Made by a program: the position numbers and the translations under genes. This document shows positions 8,819-18,126 of a DNA stretch of 62,322 nucleotides, piece after piece. The number at the start of each line of letters is the position of its first letter. Positions within the stretch are counted from its first letter, which is position 1. The notes beneath the pieces are model-generated. The model made no database searches, was not told the DNA's origin, and saw only the letters and a program-made list of their open reading frames with translations. Origin of the DNA: a virus (lineage: Duplodnaviria > Caudoviricetes); the IMG/VR virus record IMGVR_UViG_3300047467_000008, positions 1 to 62,322 of that record, one strand, 5' to 3'.

Positions 8819-9982
8819 TCATGCTGCTCTCCGCTTCGCGATCTTGCGGCGCGCGTCTGCGATCTGGCGCTCGACCGGCACGCTGCGCTGGTTCTTGAAC
8901 TCGGCGATGACGTGCGAGTAATCGGCGAGCATCGTCTCGACCGAATGGCCGTTCTCCGCCGCAAGATCCGCGATCGACAGCTTGCCCTCGCGCAGCAGGA
9001 GGCTGACCCCGGCGTGCCGGAGCCGGTAGGGGCGGCCTGGCGCCTCGACACCGACTGCCTCCGCGGCCGGCTTGTAGACGCGGCGGCGCCAGTTGCGATA
9101 GTCGTGCTCGCGCCACGGCTTGCCGTCAGCGCGGGCAAGAACGAACGCGCTCGGCAACGCCGGACCACGCTCCATCTTGAGCGCCGCGAGCTCGGCCCCG
9201 ACCGGCTTGAGCAGGCTGACCGAACGGGGTCTCATGCCGCCGACCTTCTGCCACGGGTAGATCTCGCCGTCGACGTTCTTCTGCTCGACGACCAGGGTCC
9301 GTCTTCCGACATGTTCGTTTTGGAGCGCGAGCGCCTCCTCGGGCCGCAGCCGCTGGTAGCCGACGAGGTACACCAGCACCCGGCTCGCCTGGTCGGGCAT
9401 GCGGTCGGCGATCTGCTCGATCGTCAGAACGGACATCGCCTTGACCGTCGGCTTGTTGACCCGCGGCTTGCGGACCGCGGCGACCGGGTTCGTGGTGATC
9501 CGTCCCCATGTGACAGCCGTCGAGCAGACGCTCTGGAGCATCGCGAGCGCCTTTCGGATCGTGGGCGTACCGACCCCCGCATCCTCGAGGGTTCTGCGCA
9601 AAGCCGCGACTGCCGCCGGGTCGAGCTGACGGAGCGGAAGCCCACCGACATGTGGGAGCACGTGCAGGTTCCACACCGACGCGTAGGAGATGAGCGTCGC
9701 CTGCTCCAGCTCGACACATGCGTACTTCGGCCACCACTCCTGCTCGACGAAGTCGGCGAGCAGAGCCTTGCCGGCGCTCATGTCGCTGACGCGACCGCCG
9801 CGCTTGGCGAGCCGCAGCGTGGCCTTGAAGTCGATCGCCTCCTGCTGGTCATCGAACTCCTCGCTCTCGCGCGCCCCGGTGATCGGGTTGATCCACCGGA
9901 CCCGAAACGTCCAGTAGATCGTCCCGTCGCGGCGCCTGCGGCGACGATTCTCGATTCCGCGAACTCCGCGCGGCTGTCTCAT
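8819..9982 (-). CDS. int: Tyrosine integrase
   Basis: LRPEEALAL, PYRLRHAG and GHS...DYSH catalytic motifs; adjacent to attL; start trimmed to MRQPRG. Confidence 0.93.
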   Translation of the reverse strand: MRQPRGVRGIENRRRRRRDGTIYWTFRVRWINPITGARESEEFDDQQEAIDFKATLRLAKRGGRVSDMSAGKALLADFVEQEWWPKYACVELEQATLISYASVWNLHVLPHVGGLPLRQLDPAAVAALRRTLEDAGVGTPTIRKALAMLQSVCSTAVTWGRITTNPVAAVRKPRVNKPTVKAMSVLTIEQIADRMPDQASRVLVYLVGYQRLRPEEALALQNEHVGRRTLVVEQKNVDGEIYPWQKVGGMRPRSVSLLKPVGAELAALKMERGPALPSAFVLARADGKPWREHDYRNWRRRVYKPAAEAVGVEAPGRPYRLRHAGVSLLLREGKLSIADLAAENGHSVETMLADYSHVIAEFKNQRSVPVERQIADARRKIAKRRAA

Positions 9983-10287
9983 GCGTCCATCCTTGCCGTG
10001 GTCGGGACGCGCAGTTTGCCGCGCTCGCCCCCGCGACGCGAGGATGCACCCGTCCGAACCCGAAACGACGCGGGGACGATCGGTCCCGTACGCGGACCGC
10101 GGGCCAGCTCGCGCGGCCGGTTGGCGCGAAGCTCGAGCCACGCGTCGACGTCCTCGGGCAGGATTCGCCAACAGCCGCGCTCGGCGAGCTGGGAGGCCCG
10201 CAGCTCGCCGCGACCGATCGCGCGCATGACCGTCTTCGTGCTCACTTCGAGCGCCGTCGCGACCGCGTCGGGGGTCAAGGCCGTCAC
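9979..10287 (-). CDS. xis: Excisionase-like HTH protein
   Basis: LTPDAVATALEVSTKTVMRAIGRGELRA...WRI; overlaps int start (ATGA). Confidence 0.8.
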   Translation of the reverse strand: MTALTPDAVATALEVSTKTVMRAIGRGELRASQLAERGCWRILPEDVDAWLELRANRPRELARGPRTGPIVPASFRVRTGASSRRGGERGKLRVPTTARMDA

Positions 10288-10532
10288 GCCGCGTACCCCT
10301 GGCCAGGCCAGTAGCCGCAACCGCACTCAGCCGACGGGTTGGACTTGAACCGGCAGCACGCCGAGCAGCGCGCCTGCGGCCCCGATCGCGGGCGCGGCTC
10401 TCGCATCGCCCGACGATGCTCGAGCGCCATCGCGGCGTCCTCGACCGCCTGGGTGCACTCGTCGGCCGGGACGAGCTCCAGCAGCGCGCGCGCCGGCGCC
10501 AGGTCGATGCGAGGGTCGGTCGCGATCACCAC
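10284..10532 (-). CDS. Phage hypothetical protein with C-terminal Cys cluster
   Basis: Coupled ORF; CSACC...ECGCG. Confidence 0.65.
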   Translation of the reverse strand: MVIATDPRIDLAPARALLELVPADECTQAVEDAAMALEHRRAMREPRPRSGPQARCSACCRFKSNPSAECGCGYWPGQGYAA

Positions 10533-10747
10533 GCCTCCGGCACGATCGGCACATCCGGCTTCGCGTGCTCGGCAGCGGCCCGCAGCCGCACCGTGACGAC
10601 CGTCGCGTCATAGCGCGACTCGGGGACCTCGAGGCCCAGCACCTCCAGCGCCAGCTTGGCGATGTCAGCCCACTGGCCGCGCGAGACCGGCTGGTCGTCG
10701 CGGTAGTAGCCGGCGGGGCCGGAGACGAGGTGGGTCAAGTCGCTCAT
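10526..10747 (-). CDS. Phage hypothetical protein
   Basis: Coupled ORF in early operon. Confidence 0.65.
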   Translation of the reverse strand: MSDLTHLVSGPAGYYRDDQPVSRGQWADIAKLALEVLGLEVPESRYDATVVTVRLRAAAEHAKPDVPIVPEAW

Positions 10748-11211
10748 GCGGCCCGCGCCGTCCGGTCGTGGCCTTCGGTTGGGCGCCAGCGGCGTGGTGG
10801 ACGACCAGTTTCGACAGCTCGGCGAACCTCGTGCTCAGACAGCACGTCGCCGAAGTCCAGGCGAAGGACCTCGACGAGCTTGGGGACCGTGAGGCCCACC
10901 GTCGCCAACGCCACCAGGCGCTGCATCCTGTACTCCGCGCTGGCGTTCGCGTGGAACCACGGTCCGCCTTGCGCTCTCTCGGCCTTTGCCTTCGCGAGCA
11001 CCTCTCGCATGCGCTGCCTGTTGCCCAGGCTGCGACGCTCGGCGTACTTCGGATCAATCCAGCAACGAACCGTTCCCTCCGAGACCGGGATGCCTCGGCG
11101 GTTGAAGATCTGCGCGATCTTGTACGCCGACCAGCTTGCGTCGGCGAGCTTTCGCGCTTCGGCGATCGTCGCCGAGTCATAGCGCCGGCCATTGGTAGCG
11201 ATCGCGCTCAT
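10744..11211 (-). CDS. Phage HTH DNA-binding protein
   Basis: WSAYKIAQIFNRRGIPVSEGTVRCW HTH-like. Confidence 0.65.
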   Translation of the reverse strand: MSAIATNGRRYDSATIAEARKLADASWSAYKIAQIFNRRGIPVSEGTVRCWIDPKYAERRSLGNRQRMREVLAKAKAERAQGGPWFHANASAEYRMQRLVALATVGLTVPKLVEVLRLDFGDVLSEHEVRRAVETGRPPRRWRPTEGHDRTARAA

Positions 11212-11960
11212 GCCACCGCTCCCGTCCGGCGGTCGGGATGGTCGATGTGATGCCACGTGCAGTAGCCGGCGAGCCGGGACGCGATGGCCTCCCCGTACGG
11301 CTGCGGGTAGCGCGTCGCGATCTCAGACAGCTCCAGGTTCGTCGTGACCAGCAGTTGCGCGCCGGCCGCTGTGCGGCTGTCGATCGCAGCGAAGATCCGC
11401 TCAGCGCCATAGTCGGTCGGCCGGGCCTTGTCGAGATCATCGAGCACCAGCGCGCCGGTCCCGGTGAGGGCGTTCAGCGCTGCGAGATGCTGCTCGGCCT
11501 TGTGCTCCATCGAGAGGTGCGCCAGCAGCGTCGGCACCGAGCACCAGATCACCTTTCGGGTCTGGAGCGCGGCGACGGCGGCGGCGGCGGCGGTGTGCGT
11601 CTTGCCGGCACCGACCGACCCTGTCAGCAGCAGCCCGGCCAGCTCGCGTCTGGCCCAACGACGCGCGTCGTCGATCGGCTGGTGCAGGTCGAGGTCGACG
11701 AGCGAGGCGGTGCGCAGTGGGTCTGGGATCCCGGAGATGCGGATGCGGTGCTGCGTCTCACGGTGGGCGGCCTCGCGCTCGCGCTGCTCGGCGATTTGCG
11801 CTTCATCGCGTCGGCCGGTCGCCCAGCACGTCTCACACAGATGCTCCCGCGAGCATGCGAACTCGCGAATCCAGCCGGTCAGGCCCTTGGGGACAAGCCG
11901 CCGGTCGCGCCAGCCGCAGCCAACGCAGACGACGTCCTGGTAGTCGCCGTCGTCGCTCAC
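11208..11960 (-). CDS. DnaC/IstB-like ATPase (helicase loader)
   Basis: GSVGAGKTH Walker A, LVLDDL Walker B, TTNL, IASRL; N-terminal Cys pairs. Confidence 0.9.
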   Translation of the reverse strand: MSDDGDYQDVVCVGCGWRDRRLVPKGLTGWIREFACSREHLCETCWATGRRDEAQIAEQREREAAHRETQHRIRISGIPDPLRTASLVDLDLHQPIDDARRWARRELAGLLLTGSVGAGKTHTAAAAAVAALQTRKVIWCSVPTLLAHLSMEHKAEQHLAALNALTGTGALVLDDLDKARPTDYGAERIFAAIDSRTAAGAQLLVTTNLELSEIATRYPQPYGEAIASRLAGYCTWHHIDHPDRRTGAVA

Positions 11961-12925
11961 GCGACAGCTCCCTTCGCGTTCGCCGGTTGGATGCGGTCGA
12001 AGCGGGACAGGTCGCCGGTGTTCGCGGTCGGCCTCACACCGGCTCTGAGCGTCGTGACGTTGCTCGGCGCGGACGGGTCTGCCTCCGGCGAGCGCTCGAG
12101 GAACGTCGTGTAGGTCCGCGCCCAGTCCTTGACGGCCTGGTTCTGGCCACGACCGGCGAGCGCCCAATGCTGGAGCTCGTAGGCGACGGCGAGATGGTCG
12201 CGGCGCGGGTGTCGGGTCAGCGCGAGGCCGACGCCGCGGACGGTCGGCACGTTGCCGCCGCGTTCTCGTTGGACGCCCTCGAGGAGGGCGAGGACGGGAT
12301 GCAGCCGCTCGGCGATCTCGGTCGGCAGCTCGCGGGGCGGGAGCGTCTGGTCGACCTTGCCGCTCGCGCGCGCGCCGAGTGGCTGTAGATCCTTAGTCTT
12401 TGGAGGGTAAGACTCTGACCTGTCCTTAGGTACCTCTATAGAGGTACTAGTGAGGTTCAGGGAATCCCCCGGATCATCGGGTGTTACGGGAACCTCTACA
12501 GAGGTTCGGTTGAGGTTCCCGCTCACGTCCTTGAGAGCGTCGCGCAGCCATGCGTGATCGCCGTACATCGAGAGCCAGCGGGCACGCAGCGGATGCCCGA
12601 CGGGCACCTTCGCGAAGTCGCGTGCTACGCCGATCGCCATGCGCGGTGACTTGGACCGCAGACGCTTCACGCGCGAGCTGATCCACAGGACGCCATCCTC
12701 GTAGTAGGCGAAGTCGACCGCGGCGAGCTCGGCGAGCGCAACGTCGATGTCGCACAGCTCGACCCGGCTCTCGGTCATCGCGCGCTTGCCGACCTGATAG
12801 ATGCCGGCCATGTCGCAGCGAGGGTTGGTCCAACTCCAGATGTAGAGCCACGCTGCCTGGCGTGACAGCTCCTCGAAATCCGGGTGGGACCAGATGCCGT
12901 TGTCGAAGTCCTCGATTCGGCTCAT
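11957..12925 (-). CDS. Phage replication initiator
   Basis: IWSHPDFEELS...WLYIWSWTNP...AGIY N-terminal domain; precedes DnaC-like gene; contains internal repeats. Confidence 0.75.
   Translation of the reverse strand: MSRIEDFDNGIWSHPDFEELSRQAAWLYIWSWTNPRCDMAGIYQVGKRAMTESRVELCDIDVALAELAAVDFAYYEDGVLWISSRVKRLRSKSPRMAIGVARDFAKVPVGHPLRARWLSMYGDHAWLRDALKDVSGNLNRTSVEVPVTPDDPGDSLNLTSTSIEVPKDRSESYPPKTKDLQPLGARASGKVDQTLPPRELPTEIAERLHPVLALLEGVQRERGGNVPTVRGVGLALTRHPRRDHLAVAYELQHWALAGRGQNQAVKDWARTYTTFLERSPEADPSAPSNVTTLRAGVRPTANTGDLSRFDRIQPANAKGAVA
12430..12518. promoter_or_regulatory. Probable replication origin (iteron pair)
   Basis: Palindromes GTACCTCTATAGAGGTAC (12430-12447) and GAACCTCTACAGAGGTTC (12490-12507), each followed by TGAGGTTC, 60 bp apart, in an AT-richer patch. 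Confidence 0.7.
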
Positions 12926-13440
12926 CAGAGGCACTCCGTCCAGTGAGACGCGCCGGCGCCGCTGGCCCAAAGCTCGGCCGCCTTGCGATGGTGCGCGAGT
13001 CTGTCGGCGCCAGTGCGGACAGGCCACGGCACCGGCTTGTTCAGGAACTGGTAGGGCCCGAGCGCACCGATCGGGTTGACGGTGGACCACCGTTTCGGGA
13101 CGGCTGTCGTCGGCCCCGACTCGCATGCGACGATCGAGCAGGGGATCGCATAGCTGCCGATCGCTCCGCAGTCATAGGGCGTTACCTCGCGGATCGCGAG
13201 GCTCAGCCGGTGCGATCTGCGGTAGCGGTCAGCGTGGAAGCGCACGAGCGGCGCGGACGCGGGGCGGCGTTGGCAGCGCACGACGCGATGCAGCGTGCGC
13301 CGCTCATGGTCGGTCGCAGAAGCGACGCCGTCGAAGGCCCGCCGGGCGACCCGATGGAAGTCCGCGCGCGAGTACGTCGTCGGGCAGTCGCCAGCGGGCG
13401 GCGCCGAGAAGGCGAGCACGATCGTGGCGAGCAGCGTCAC
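12925..13440 (-). CDS. Rpf-like lytic transglycosylase, paralog 1
   Basis: Hydrophobic N-terminus; IVACESG...W..VN..GALGPYQF...AELWASGAGASHW.EC. Confidence 0.75.
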   Translation of the reverse strand: MTLLATIVLAFSAPPAGDCPTTYSRADFHRVARRAFDGVASATDHERRTLHRVVRCQRRPASAPLVRFHADRYRRSHRLSLAIREVTPYDCGAIGSYAIPCSIVACESGPTTAVPKRWSTVNPIGALGPYQFLNKPVPWPVRTGADRLAHHRKAAELWASGAGASHWTECL

Positions 13441-13877
13441 GCGGTCGGCTCCGAGTAGGTGCGGTCCAGCAGCCAGCCGGCGTCAAGCTCGGCGAGGAAC
13501 TGCGTCAGCTTCGGACAGGCGCCGAGCACGACCGCGCGCGGGATGCGTCGTGTCCCGAAGTGGTGGTTGTGGTGGCAGCGGTCGCAGGCGCGCATGAGGT
13601 TGCGCAGGTCCCACAGCACGCGCAGGGTCGCCTCCTCGTCGAGGCCGAGCGCGCGGCAGATCCGCTTGAGCGCCTGCTTCTCGATGGCGTGGTGGCCGCG
13701 AACGTGGTCGCAGGAGTCGCACACGGCGCACGTGCCGGCACGCGCGTGAGCTGCCCAGCGCTCCCGCAGGCGGCGCTCGAGGTCACGCAGCGCGCGCGGC
13801 AGGCGGGACTTGGGTTTCACGCGCAGGCGCGACGTGCGTGCCAGCGGTGTGCGGCGCTCAAGTTCGGTTCGCTTCAC
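13437..13877 (-). CDS. HNH-type endonuclease
   Basis: CAVC...HH...NLMRACDRCHH. Confidence 0.75.
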   Translation of the reverse strand: MKRTELERRTPLARTSRLRVKPKSRLPRALRDLERRLRERWAAHARAGTCAVCDSCDHVRGHHAIEKQALKRICRALGLDEEATLRVLWDLRNLMRACDRCHHNHHFGTRRIPRAVVLGACPKLTQFLAELDAGWLLDRTYSEPTA

Positions 13878-14092
13878 GCCTCGAACAGCTCCCGCTGAAC
13901 GGTCTCGCGCAGCAGCTTGCGAGTGCGGAAGCTACGGGCCGGCACTGCGACGAACTCACCGGACCCGTCGAAGTCGAGGCCCTTGACCGCCTTGCGGATC
14001 GCCTCCTTGTCGGTGTTGGCCTCGACGTTCGGCTTGAGCACCGCGAAGGTGCCGGCCGTCTCGTCGCGACGCAGGACGATGTAGGTGGTCAT
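13874..14092 (-). CDS. Phage hypothetical protein
   Basis: MTTYIVLRR..., coupled, RBS AGGAG. Confidence 0.7.
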   Translation of the reverse strand: MTTYIVLRRDETAGTFAVLKPNVEANTDKEAIRKAVKGLDFDGSGEFVAVPARSFRTRKLLRETVQRELFEA

Positions 14093-14496
14093 CAAGCGAC
14101 TCTCCTGAGGTGGTCGGGGGGTTCGCGCGTCTGGCCGTCGGGTGCGACACCTCGCGACCAGTCGACGAGGCGGCCAAGGTCTTTGCGGTCGGCGGCGTGA
14201 CGCCAGCCGGCCTGCTCGGCGGCGTCGAGGACGCCCCTGGCGACGTCGCGCAGGTAGCGCAGTTGAGCTACCGCTTCGTCGCCGCGGGCGAGGTCCTGCG
14301 CCACGGTCCAAGCAGCACCTGCGGCGTGGACCTCGACGATCTTCTTCGCGAGCGCGATCCGATAGGTCTGCTCAGCGCTTGCGAGCGCCTTGGCGGCGTC
14401 GCGGCGGAACGCCTCGGCCTGGGCCTGGACCGTCTTCGCGGAGTTGATCGCGTCGCGTGCCTGCTGGAAGTCGTAGGGCTCGGCGTTGCCGCTCAT
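14092..14496 (-). CDS. Phage hypothetical helical protein
   Basis: [10 protein letters not shown]..., ATGA overlap with exonuclease. Confidence 0.7.
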   Translation of the reverse strand: MSGNAEPYDFQQARDAINSAKTVQAQAEAFRRDAAKALASAEQTYRIALAKKIVEVHAAGAAWTVAQDLARGDEAVAQLRYLRDVARGVLDAAEQAGWRHAADRKDLGRLVDWSRGVAPDGQTREPPDHLRRVA

Positions 14497-15320
14497 GCGA
14501 GCACCGCCTCGGCTGCCTTGCTGGTCGCGCGACGCGTCGCCTCGACACGGCTGCGCACGTCGCCCATGAGCCGGTAGCAGTCGAGCACGTGCTCGAAGCT
14601 GTCGGCGCCCGCGAGGCCGTGCAGCGCCTCGTAGGTGCCGTCGGGTCCGACGCAGACGACGAGCGTGCCGTCGGGTGGGTCCTCGCCGCACTCGACCTCG
14701 GCCGCGGTGTAGGCGGCGACCTGGATGTGCGCCTCCGGGTAGCTCGTGCCGGAGCGGTTCGTCTTGAGATCGACGATCACGTCGCGCCCGCCGATCCGTG
14801 CGCGAAGGTCGGCGCGACCGGCGTAGCGCAGGCGCGGATGGCAGACGATGCGCTCGGCCCAGATCAGCTCGGGTGCCTCGGCGATGAGCCAGCGTGCGAC
14901 CCCTTGGATGTAGCCGCGGACGTCGGCCGGGTAGTCGGCGACGTTCGGCGGCTCGCCTTCGGTCATCCACGTCTCCAGCACGGAGTGGGTGTCGAGGCCG
15001 CGGCCGGCCGCCTCATTGCGGGCGGCGTCGGCGCCGAGCCCGAGCGCGCGGACGCGATGGACCGCCTCGCTCGGGTCGACGTCGACCAGCTCGCCCATCC
15101 GCTCGGCGCGGACCGCGCCGGCGGCGCCCTTCTCCTCCGCCCAGCGAATCAGCGCTGGCTTGGCGAGGACGTTCAGCACGCCGGTCACCGAGACCAGGCG
15201 TTCGCGCGTCTGCTCGCCGTGGCGGCGCAGGTAGTAGCCGCGCGACTTCGGACGCTCGACGTACTCGAGCGCTCCGACCTCTGGGATCTCGCGGACGACC
15301 GTGACGGCGTCGCCGCTCAT
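14493..15320 (-). CDS. PD-(D/E)XK exonuclease (recombination partner)
   Basis: SVTGVL, YAGRADL, IVDLKT, QVAAY; adjacent to Bet. Confidence 0.85.
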   Translation of the reverse strand: MSGDAVTVVREIPEVGALEYVERPKSRGYYLRRHGEQTRERLVSVTGVLNVLAKPALIRWAEEKGAAGAVRAERMGELVDVDPSEAVHRVRALGLGADAARNEAAGRGLDTHSVLETWMTEGEPPNVADYPADVRGYIQGVARWLIAEAPELIWAERIVCHPRLRYAGRADLRARIGGRDVIVDLKTNRSGTSYPEAHIQVAAYTAAEVECGEDPPDGTLVVCVGPDGTYEALHGLAGADSFEHVLDCYRLMGDVRSRVEATRRATSKAAEAVLA

Positions 15321-16186
15321 GCCGAAGCCTCCGCGCCCGTCTCCTGGGCGACCGCGTCGGCCACGGTGCCGGCGAGTGCCTCGGCGAGCTTGCGCGCCTC
15401 CGCGAGTGGGCAGGTCGCGAAGGCCTGCGAGATGGACGCCGTGTCCGACGCCCCTGCGGCCGTCAGCATCATGAGGAGGTTCTGCTTGGTCGCAAGCCCA
15501 CGCTCACAGGCGTCTCGGGCCAGCCCTGTGAAGTGCGCTACCTCCTCGTCGGAAGGCGTGACAACAGCCTCAACGGCGCGCGCCTGCTCCGGGGGCGGAG
15601 TCGTCGCCGCGGGCGCGACCGCCTGCTCCATCTCCTCCGACGTATAGAGACCGCTGAGCTCTTGCGGGAACGCCTTGCGCAACGCCAGGGCCTCCGCGCA
15701 CTTCGCGATCATCACCTCGGGCATCGCGGTCCACAGCGGCGTCGACGCCTTGTACGAGGAGAACCGCGCGACCGCATAGGTCGCCTCACGCGCGCCGGCC
15801 TTCCAGACGCCCACCTTCGCTGCCGACGGTGGCTCCGTCTTGAGCCAGACATCCGTCCACACCATGTCGGGGCCACACCAGAACGGGCCGACTTGGCCCT
15901 CATACTTGCCGGTGCGCTCGGCGACGAGCCGCTGCCCGTCGATCGAGACCTGAATGCTCATCTTCTCGGCGTTGGCGCGTCTGTCCCAGCGGAAGATCGC
16001 GTAGATCTGACGAGCGAACGGGTCGAGCCCGGTGCGCTCGCACTGCGCGGTGAACAGGGACAGCTCGTCGTCCGTTGCATCGCGGTCTTTCGGCTTGCAG
16101 ATCTGGCGCTTGATGAGCGCGACCTGATCCGCCGTCAGGGTCGTGGCGACGCCGTTGCCATTGCGACGTTCGATCGCCGCGCTCAT
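15317..16186 (-). CDS. bet: Phage recombinase Bet/RecT
   Basis: [46 protein letters not shown]. Confidence 0.92.
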   Translation of the reverse strand: MSAAIERRNGNGVATTLTADQVALIKRQICKPKDRDATDDELSLFTAQCERTGLDPFARQIYAIFRWDRRANAEKMSIQVSIDGQRLVAERTGKYEGQVGPFWCGPDMVWTDVWLKTEPPSAAKVGVWKAGAREATYAVARFSSYKASTPLWTAMPEVMIAKCAEALALRKAFPQELSGLYTSEEMEQAVAPAATTPPPEQARAVEAVVTPSDEEVAHFTGLARDACERGLATKQNLLMMLTAAGASDTASISQAFATCPLAEARKLAEALAGTVADAVAQETGAEASA

Positions 16187-16368
16187 GCGACCCTCCGATC
16201 AGCCCAGACGTCGTCGAGCGGATCAGCCCACGCCCTACGAGCGGCGGTCGAGCGGCGCGGTCGGAGAAGGCGATCGGCCAGCCGGTCAGCTCGACCGCCG
16301 GCAGCGCACATGGCGATCGCGAACAGCGCGATCAGGGCCCAAAGCAGGCAGACGCCGATGGCGATCAT
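16183..16368 (-). CDS. Small single-TM protein
   Basis: [21 protein letters not shown]..., coupled. Confidence 0.6.
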   Translation of the reverse strand: MIAIGVCLLWALIALFAIAMCAAGGRADRLADRLLRPRRSTAARRAWADPLDDVWADRRVA

Positions 16369-16466
16369 CCGACGCTCCTTCCGCACACCCAGGCGAGCGC
16401 CGCGAGGCTGAGCCCGGGCAACGCCAGAGCCAGGACCATGGCGGCGCAGAGCAACAGGGCGGTCAT
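16365..16466 (-). CDS. 33-aa hydrophobic peptide (not in ORF track)
   Basis: [33 protein letters not shown]; ATGA overlaps on both sides. Confidence 0.55.
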   Translation of the reverse strand: MTALLLCAAMVLALALPGLSLAALAWVCGRSVG

Positions 16467-16987
16467 GACGACGCCTCCGCCGAGATCAGCTCGTGCAGGA
16501 GGCGCGTTCTGCCCTCGCCGAGCTGATTGGCGAGCGACGGCGAGAGCAGCGTCTTGAGCGGCACCTCACGTTGGACGGCCGCAAGGTCGCGAGCGGCGCG
16601 CACGTAGACCATCGGGTCGGTTCCCGTGCCGGCGGCGAGGTCGTCGAGGATGGGTCGCAGCCGCTCTGCGAGATCGCGACGGTTCAGCGACTGGCGTCCG
16701 GCAGTCGGACGCAGCGCGTGGACCATCCGCTCTCCGGCTCCCGCGATCGTCCGCTCGTGCTCGCCTTCGGCAGCGTTGGACTGGGCAAGCTTGAGGGTCA
16801 AGTCGAGCATGAGAGTGATGCGCTCGGGCTCGACCAGGCCGGTGAGGGCGTTGATCGCTTCGACCAGGCTGTCGCACTCCGGTGAGGCGTCGTGGATCAG
16901 CCGGTTCTGCTCAAGGTTGTGGGCGCGCGCGCAGATCGCCTCGTCGACGATCTCGACGCTGACGCGCTTGGCGGTCAGGACGCTCAT
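16463..16987 (-). CDS. Phage hypothetical protein
   Basis: Coupled ORF. Confidence 0.7.
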   Translation of the reverse strand: MSVLTAKRVSVEIVDEAICARAHNLEQNRLIHDASPECDSLVEAINALTGLVEPERITLMLDLTLKLAQSNAAEGEHERTIAGAGERMVHALRPTAGRQSLNRRDLAERLRPILDDLAAGTGTDPMVYVRAARDLAAVQREVPLKTLLSPSLANQLGEGRTRLLHELISAEASS

Positions 16988-17172
16988 GCCGCCACCGCCT
17001 TCGGCTTGCTCTCGTCGAGCAGGTCATCGAGGACGTTGCGTGCTTCGGCCAGTTCTTCCCACGTGAGCACGGTGGTCGCCCACGTCGGGTAGTCCCCTAT
17101 CGAGACGATTACTCCGTCGAGGTCCTCTGAATGCTGGGCAGAGAATCGCCCCGATCTGATGCGGCCCATCAC
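16984..17172 (-). CDS. Phage hypothetical protein
   Basis: Coupled ORF. Confidence 0.6.
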   Translation of the reverse strand: MMGRIRSGRFSAQHSEDLDGVIVSIGDYPTWATTVLTWEELAEARNVLDDLLDESKPKAVAA

Positions 17173-17642
17173 GCCACCGCCGCGATCTCAGCCAGGAACG
17201 GCGCGCACCGGCCGTGCCGGTCGCGCAGGACCACGAGGTCAGCGGCGAGCAGGAGATCGCACTCGTCGCACCGCAGGATCGACGGGCCGTCACCGGCGCC
17301 CAGGTCCTCGATGACCGTGTCGAAGAACGCGCCGTCCTCGATCTCGCGGATGAGCAGCATCCGGCCGTCGCGGCTGTCGCCGCAACGGCACGCGACCGGC
17401 ACGCTCGCCGGGGCGAGGCCGCGCATGCGGACGGCTTGGGCGAGCGCGTCGAGCGCGCTAGGCTGGGGGTGCATCAGGACGTACCTCCTGTTGTCGGCCC
17501 CGGAGCGCGTCAACGCTGCCGGGGCGCTTTCGTTGGCGTGCTCGGCGTCCGGCACGCCACCGGCGGGGGAGCCCACCCGAGGGGGAAGGGCGGGGCCGGT
17601 GACGTGCCCGACGTCGAACGAAACGGGGCTGGGGAAGCTCAT
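17169..17642 (-). CDS. Phage hypothetical protein (may start at internal MHPQ after AGGAGG)
   Basis: CRC...CDEC pairs; hairpin plus strong RBS in the 5' part. Confidence 0.55.
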   Translation of the reverse strand: MSFPSPVSFDVGHVTGPALPPRVGSPAGGVPDAEHANESAPAALTRSGADNRRYVLMHPQPSALDALAQAVRMRGLAPASVPVACRCGDSRDGRMLLIREIEDGAFFDTVIEDLGAGDGPSILRCDECDLLLAADLVVLRDRHGRCAPFLAEIAAVA

Positions 17643-17835
17643 CGGAGCGCGCCTCGCAGCCGCTCGATTTGGACGAAGAGGTCGAACGGGGGGGGCGAGG
17701 ACCAGCGCGGCGCCTCACGTCGCCGGCAATCAGGACACGTCTCGTGCGTCCAGCGACGAGTGCCACGGCGATGCGGGCAAGCCGGGACGGCCGTGGCAAG
17801 GGTCCCGCGCAGGACAGGCTGGTGCAGCGCCAGCA

Positions 17836-18060
17836 TCACGCCGCCGCCCGGTTCTGCTCGGACCAGTCGAATTCGTCGACCGTCTTACCGAGCGCACGAG
17901 CGATCGCATCGCGCGTACGCTGCTCCGGAACGTGGAGCCCATGACGCCAGCGAGAGACTTCCGCCTCGTGCGCGCCGATCTGTCCTGCGAGCCACCGAGC
18001 GCTTCGGCCCTGCTCGCGGAGGACGCGATCGAGCGTTGTGGGGTGACGCCGGATTCTCAT
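17836..18060 (-). CDS. Cro-like XRE HTH regulator
   Basis: RSARWLAGQIGAHEAEVSRWRHG..P.....AIARALG; divergent from repressor. Confidence 0.85.
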   Translation of the reverse strand: MRIRRHPTTLDRVLREQGRSARWLAGQIGAHEAEVSRWRHGLHVPEQRTRDAIARALGKTVDEFDWSEQNRAAA

Positions 18061-18068
18061 CGTGCAGC

Positions 18069-18097
18069 AGACTACATGCAGTCGGCTCCATTGTCAA
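18069..18097 (-). promoter_or_regulatory. Early lytic promoter TTGACA-17-TAGTCT
   Basis: Near-consensus housekeeping-sigma promoter 8 nt upstream of cro ATG (leaderless geometry). Confidence 0.75.
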
Positions 18098-18126
18098 GAA
18101 TGCATGCGGCAAGTTCCATTGACGGC

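Noticed and set aside
14493-15320. Cas4 / CRISPR adaptation gene
   Set aside because: No Fe-S Cys cluster, and it lies beside Bet; a recombination exonuclease is the simpler call.
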